DNA of 59,395 nucleotides from Spirochaetales bacterium (GTDB lineage Bacteria > Spirochaetota > Spirochaetia > Treponematales > UBA12059). Below the pieces are notes generated by a model. It worked only from the letters and a program-made list of their open reading frames with translations. It searched no databases and had not been told where the DNA came from. The DNA is taken from contig JAFGJV010000014.1 of the NCBI GenBank assembly GCA_016928955.1, positions 70,014 to 129,408 of the forward strand, given 5' to 3'. Position 1 is the stretch's first letter, and the number at the start of each line of letters is the position of its first letter. Of the stretch, positions 55,046 to 59,395 are shown in pieces. The translations under genes were made by a program, and so were the position numbers.

Positions 55046-57496
55046 CTACGCGCCCGGCTTTCTAGGTTTTGGCGGCCGCTTATCCCTGGAGGGGGGCCGC
55101 TTGTCGGTAGATGACGGCCGCCGTTCCTTGGAAGGCGGCCGTTTTTTGTCCGCCAAGGCATCGGAGCGCGGGCGTCGCCCGGAAGATCCTGCCTTGCCTG
55201 GCTGGGAGCCGGGCCGTCTGGAGCCAGCCGGGTTTCTGCGGCCGGACTCGTCCTTTTCGAACCACTGGGGCTTGCCGCCCCGGCCAGGCCGCCCGGCCTC
55301 TTTTTTGGCCTTGAGCACCGCCGCCTCGTAGCGGGCCGCGCTAGCCGCTTTGGCCCCGGCGGACGAGGCTCCCGGCTTGCTTTCCGGGCGGGAACCGCGG
55401 CGGCCCGAGTCCGCGGCTCCGTACACGCGCTGGCCTTCCTCGTCGGCCTGCCAAAAGCCGTCTTTCCAGTTGAAGCGGCTGGTTTCCGGCAGCACCAGGC
55501 CGTCCCTGGCCGCCGCCATCACGCGCTTGTATACCTGTTTCTTGAGGTCGATGAAACTGAAATCCAGGATGAAACGCCCCACGCCCTCTTTCCGGAAGTA
55601 GGGCATTCTGTCCACCAGCGAAAAGGGCTTGACCGGTATCACCGTTGATCCGGACTGGTCGGTCACCAGCTCGTAGTCGTCGCCGTCTCGGTCGCGGAAG
55701 AAGTGGAAGCCGTGGGTCTGGCCCAGGTCGGCGCGTATGGTGAACAGGGGCGGGTAGGCGAACACCGTGGGGAAGAAGACCGAAGGCTGGACGGTTTCCG
55801 CCACCTTGGCCCAGTCCTGTTTGGATATCTCCAGGGGCGGCACGACGCTCGAAGCGCCGTTGTCCAGGAGAAAGGCCGCGGCCCATGCGTTGAACGTGTA
55901 CAGCCAGGGGCCGGCAGCCACCGGCAGGTTCTTGCCCCGCAGGATGCCCAGGTGGCCCAGGTTGTTGGCTATGAAGTGGCGCTGCCCCTTGCCGGCCCAG
56001 TAGTCTATCTCGTCGGCCAGCCAGACGGCGTCCGCCTGCGGGAAGAAGGGTTCCAGCCAGATGGCAAGCTCGTCGCCCTTGAAGGGCAGTTCCTTCTCGT
56101 GGCGACGCATGAGCTCGGCGTTCTTGCGGGTCAGCCGGATGATGGCCTTGCGCGGCCGGTCTGCCTGGAGGACGTGGAGGTCCTGGACCCTGGATACCAT
56201 GGCGTAGGTTCCGTCCGGCCAGGCCGGGGTCCTGGTTTTTGCCTGTTCCGGCACGGCCGGTATCGGGGCCGCGTCCCAGCTCGGGAAGGCGTGGTAGCGG
56301 CTCAGGTTGGGGGGCAGGACCGGCTTGTAGCGCCTGGCCAGGTTCCGGGTCTGCACCAGGTACACCTCGTCCTGGGGACCGTACTCAGCGTCCGCGCGGA
56401 CAAAGAAGCCTTCCGGCAGGGTTTTGACACCGCGCACCTTGGCGGTGACGCGGCCGGAGTCGTCATGTTTGTGGATGCGGAGCGAGTCGCCTTCCTGGAT
56501 GCCGTCGTAATGGGGCAACTGCATCCAGCGCTGGTCGTCGAACACCCTGATCAGCTTGACCTTGCCCAGGGCTATGCCCGTGCCGCCGGCCTGGTCCGGG
56601 CGGATGAAATCCTGCGCAGGGCTGCCCTCGAACCAAAAGGTGGTCTTGCGCCGGGCAAAGTCGCCCTGCAGCATGGACAGGGCCTTGGCGGCCGCGCGCT
56701 CACGGTCAAAGCGCCAGTTGTCCAGCATGTGGCGGTACGCGGCCACCACCGTGCCCACGTACTCGGCGCTTTTCATGCGGCCCTCGATCTTGAACGAGGT
56801 GATGCCGGCCTCTACCAGGTCGGGCACCTTTTCTACCAGCTGGAGGTCGTCCGGGCTGAAGAAGTAGCCGTCCTGGTCGTCTTCCGAGCGGAACATGCGG
56901 CGGCAGGCCTGGGTGCACGCGCCTCGGTTGGCCGAGCGTCCGCCAAGGTAGCTTGAGAACAGGCACACCCCTGAGGCGCTGACGCACAAAGCGCCGTGCA
57001 CGAAGGTTTCCAGCTCCATGGCCGTGGAGCTTCGCACGTCCCTCATCTCGTCCAGCGACAGCTCGCGGGACAGGACCACCCGCTTGAAGCCGTGGCGCGA
57101 CAGGAAATTGACGCCGGCGGCGCTGCCCACGTTCATCTGGGTGGACGCGTGGAGCCGCAGGGCGGGGAAATGGTCGCGCGCCATCTTGACCACGCCGAGG
57201 TCCTGGACGATCACGCCGTCCGGGCCGACCCGCTCCAGGTACTGCAGGAGCTGGTACATGCGGTCGGCCTCGCGCTGTTCGAACACCGTGTTGACCGTGA
57301 CGTACAGCTTCTTGCCTGCCTTGTGCAGGGCCTCCGTGGCGGCTTCAAACTGGCTGTAGGCAAAGTTGCTGGTGCGCAGGCGGGCGTTGAAGGTCTTGAG
57401 GCCCAGGTATACAGCGTCGGCGCCTTCGCCAATGGCGGCGTCGAGGGCGTCCGGATTGCCCGCGGGAGCCAGAAGCTCGGCGGTGGTATAGGTCAT
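55046..57496 (-). CDS. Peptidase U32-family protein (RlhA/TrhP-like RNA hydroxylation protein) with basic disordered tail
   Basis: ELLAPAG, GADAVY, HASTQ, FVHGALC.S.SG.C, NRGACTQACR, KIEGRMKS. Confidence 0.9.
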   Translation of the reverse strand: MTYTTAELLAPAGNPDALDAAIGEGADAVYLGLKTFNARLRTSNFAYSQFEAATEALHKAGKKLYVTVNTVFEQREADRMYQLLQYLERVGPDGVIVQDLGVVKMARDHFPALRLHASTQMNVGSAAGVNFLSRHGFKRVVLSRELSLDEMRDVRSSTAMELETFVHGALCVSASGVCLFSSYLGGRSANRGACTQACRRMFRSEDDQDGYFFSPDDLQLVEKVPDLVEAGITSFKIEGRMKSAEYVGTVVAAYRHMLDNWRFDRERAAAKALSMLQGDFARRKTTFWFEGSPAQDFIRPDQAGGTGIALGKVKLIRVFDDQRWMQLPHYDGIQEGDSLRIHKHDDSGRVTAKVRGVKTLPEGFFVRADAEYGPQDEVYLVQTRNLARRYKPVLPPNLSRYHAFPSWDAAPIPAVPEQAKTRTPAWPDGTYAMVSRVQDLHVLQADRPRKAIIRLTRKNAELMRRHEKELPFKGDELAIWLEPFFPQADAVWLADEIDYWAGKGQRHFIANNLGHLGILRGKNLPVAAGPWLYTFNAWAAAFLLDNGASSVVPPLEISKQDWAKVAETVQPSVFFPTVFAYPPLFTIRADLGQTHGFHFFRDRDGDDYELVTDQSGSTVIPVKPFSLVDRMPYFRKEGVGRFILDFSFIDLKKQVYKRVMAAARDGLVLPETSRFNWKDGFWQADEEGQRVYGAADSGRRGSRPESKPGASSAGAKAASAARYEAAVLKAKKEAGRPGRGGKPQWFEKDESGRRNPAGSRRPGSQPGKAGSSGRRPRSDALADKKRPPSKERRPSSTDKRPPSRDKRPPKPRKPGA

Positions 57497-57682
57497 CGGT
57501 CTATCCTCAGGGTCGGTCCGGCCCGCCCCCGTGGCCGGCCGCTCGGATGCAAGGCCAGCCTTGTTCCGAAACCGCACTATAGCGTTTTTTCGGTTTACTG
57601 TATACACCGCGAAAAACAGGGATAAAACGCATAGAACGGCAGGGCCAGGCGCCTGAGAACGACTGCAGGGCAAAGCCCTGCC

Positions 57683-59245
57683 TCAATCCTTGGCATACTC
57701 CTCGCTGGTCCAGAATTGCCGCGTCCCCAGAAAAGACGGAATGTCCAGCGTCTCCCCATTTTTGCGGATGCGGGCGTGCTTGGCTCCAATCTCCAGCTCA
57801 TAGACGTCCGAACACTGAGGCACCTTGCCGATGAAGCGCAGACGCATGGAAAAATCGGCGGCGAGTTTGCGTATGTCGAACATGGACAGGAAACGTTTGG
57901 CTTTGCCCTTGAACGAGCGCGCGGGGTCCAGGCTCGGTAGCTCCGCGTTGTCGAATACGAAGTCGGCGCAGAGCCGCCCGCCTTCCGAGTAGAGCACGGT
58001 CTTGCAAAATTCGTTCACAAACTGGCGGCTTTGGGCCGCCCTCGATATCCGGGAGAATTCTTCCAGCTCGTCCACGATGGCCAGGAGGGCCGAGCCCATG
58101 TCCGGTTTGCGTATCGAGTAGCCCGAGCTTGTATGGTCTATCACCGCCTGCAGGATATTGTTTTTGACGAATACCAGCGGGGTGTCCTCCTCCGAGAATT
58201 CCAGCTTGGCGTAGTCCGTGTAGGCGGTACGGGAGCTCTTGAAGGCCTCCAGGGTCCGCGCCAGCAGGAAGGCGCTCATCATGCCGTGTTCGTACTGCTC
58301 AAAGTCCGCGGAATAGCGCATGTAGACGGAGGATTCGTAGGTGTTGGCGACGGCGAACGAAAATCTGCCAGCCAGGGCAAGCTTGGTTTTCTCGTCTAGT
58401 TTTCCGTAGCGAGCCTCGTCCAACCCGAGGGACCCGGAAGCCTGATCCCAACTCACCAGATCCTGTACCAGGCGGTCCATGTCCGGGTCGGCCGCGTCGC
58501 CGAACTTGAAGGAGAACTTGAATTCCAGGCAAAGGTTCCGGAGGAATTGCTCCACAAAGCTTGTTTGCAGGGCGGAGAAGTCAAAGCTGAATTCATCGTA
58601 CGTACGTATGGCAAAGGCCGGCAGGATTGAGCCTATGGCGCGGTTGATCTTGTGGATTTTCTTGAGGGGATAGCCCAGGTCGTGGGTCAGGGCGGCGACG
58701 CATACCTGGGCGTCCTGCAGCCTGGCCATGGTGTCAAGGAAGCTCCATGCATTCATAGCCGGCGAATATGCCTTCCGGATCTCTTCGCTCTGGCCGTCCG
58801 TGAGCCTTTGCAGTAGTCCGGTCAGCATGCGCGAGTCGTCTCCCGCCGAGGCAAAGTTCCGCATGAACGTTTCGAATTCTGGGCGCTTGGCTATCCACTG
58901 CCCCAGGAAGTACACCCAGAGGCAGTGCAGGGTGTGATCGCGGTAGAAGGCATCGGAAGCGAAAATAAGCTCCTCGAAATCCACATAGGCGTCAAAGTAG
59001 GAAAAGAGCTCGTCGTAACCGCGCTTGTCCGGGTCGATCGAGCTCATGGCCGCCTCGAAGAGTTCCTTCCAGAGGGCTTTGGCGGCATGTATTCTGCCGT
59101 GCATGTCGGGAGCATCGCGTAGGGAGACAATCAGCAGGCGTACGGATTCCTGATAGGCCGGCCGGTTCGAGAGAAAGGCCACACGGTCGGCGTCTATAAG
59201 TCCAAGGTAGTGATCCAGAACCTCGGTTTCGCGGGCTATTTGCAT
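57683..59245 (-). CDS. HD-domain metal-dependent phosphohydrolase-like protein
   Basis: YRDHTLHCLWVY, ALTHDLGYP, EHGMMSA, AVIDH, LLAIVDELEE. Confidence 0.75.
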   Translation of the reverse strand: MQIARETEVLDHYLGLIDADRVAFLSNRPAYQESVRLLIVSLRDAPDMHGRIHAAKALWKELFEAAMSSIDPDKRGYDELFSYFDAYVDFEELIFASDAFYRDHTLHCLWVYFLGQWIAKRPEFETFMRNFASAGDDSRMLTGLLQRLTDGQSEEIRKAYSPAMNAWSFLDTMARLQDAQVCVAALTHDLGYPLKKIHKINRAIGSILPAFAIRTYDEFSFDFSALQTSFVEQFLRNLCLEFKFSFKFGDAADPDMDRLVQDLVSWDQASGSLGLDEARYGKLDEKTKLALAGRFSFAVANTYESSVYMRYSADFEQYEHGMMSAFLLARTLEAFKSSRTAYTDYAKLEFSEEDTPLVFVKNNILQAVIDHTSSGYSIRKPDMGSALLAIVDELEEFSRISRAAQSRQFVNEFCKTVLYSEGGRLCADFVFDNAELPSLDPARSFKGKAKRFLSMFDIRKLAADFSMRLRFIGKVPQCSDVYELEIGAKHARIRKNGETLDIPSFLGTRQFWTSEEYAKD

Positions 59246-59291
59246 GCCGCTAGTATAGCCTCGTATCACATGGCGCGCACTCCAAAACTGT

Positions 59292-59395
59292 TGGAGCCTG
59301 TACGCTTTCCTTGCTTACTGCCGCGAACCTTATTGGTCGCTCTGGGAGCTAGGGCTCCGTCCGACCTCAGGCAAGGGCGAACCTCGGCGTATACG
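59292..59395 (+). ncRNA. Possible 6S RNA (5' part, truncated by the window edge)
   Basis: Non-coding; the order CCTG...TTGCT...GAACCTTATT...TGGGAGC...GAACCTCGG resembles the 5' strand of 6S RNAs as I recall them; not tested with a covariance model. Confidence 0.45.

Noticed and set aside
57575..57635. Imperfect inverted repeat upstream of the U32 gene as a LexA box or leader hairpin
   Set aside because: Too degenerate, with no second copy in the window to define a motif

Overview
GC-rich bacterial chromosomal window, most likely from a free-living spirochete (Spirochaetota). This is inferred from the protein sequences and from the hpf-hprK-ptsH...lexA-holA and DUF3798-ABC gene arrangements; no database search was run. 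About 53 protein genes can be supported. They include a partner-switching operon (two membrane PP2C phosphatases, STAS protein, RsbW-like protein), an acyl-CoA ligase, two class III nucleotide cyclase-like genes, a DUF3798 ABC transporter operon with a duplicated binding protein, an MCP, trpS, a GH18 hydrolase, a Zn-phospholipase C/P1-like enzyme, a minimal cheY-cheC-cheA module, tpx, a CbrA-like reductase, copZ with a CsoR-type operator, grpE-dnaK-dnaJ plus a thermonuclease, rpoN-hpf-hprK-ptsH-ntrY/ntrX-like-lexA-holA, a PAS-GGDEF-EAL gene coupled to a 930-aa orphan, an M29 aminopeptidase, a RIO kinase, a stand-alone MshEN protein, a U32 protein and an HD-domain protein. I saw no tRNA, rRNA, CRISPR array, transposase or prophage. 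The most notable signals outside the ORF track are: (1) a candidate Trp-sensing leader peptide (W-S-W) with mutually exclusive hairpins upstream of trpS; (2) a 108-bp MITE with a TTAA duplication that rewrote the aminopeptidase C-terminus, plus a decayed second copy; (3) a strong-RBS uORF ahead of the RIO kinase; (4) several apparently leaderless transcripts; (5) a probable 6S RNA cut by the right edge of the window.
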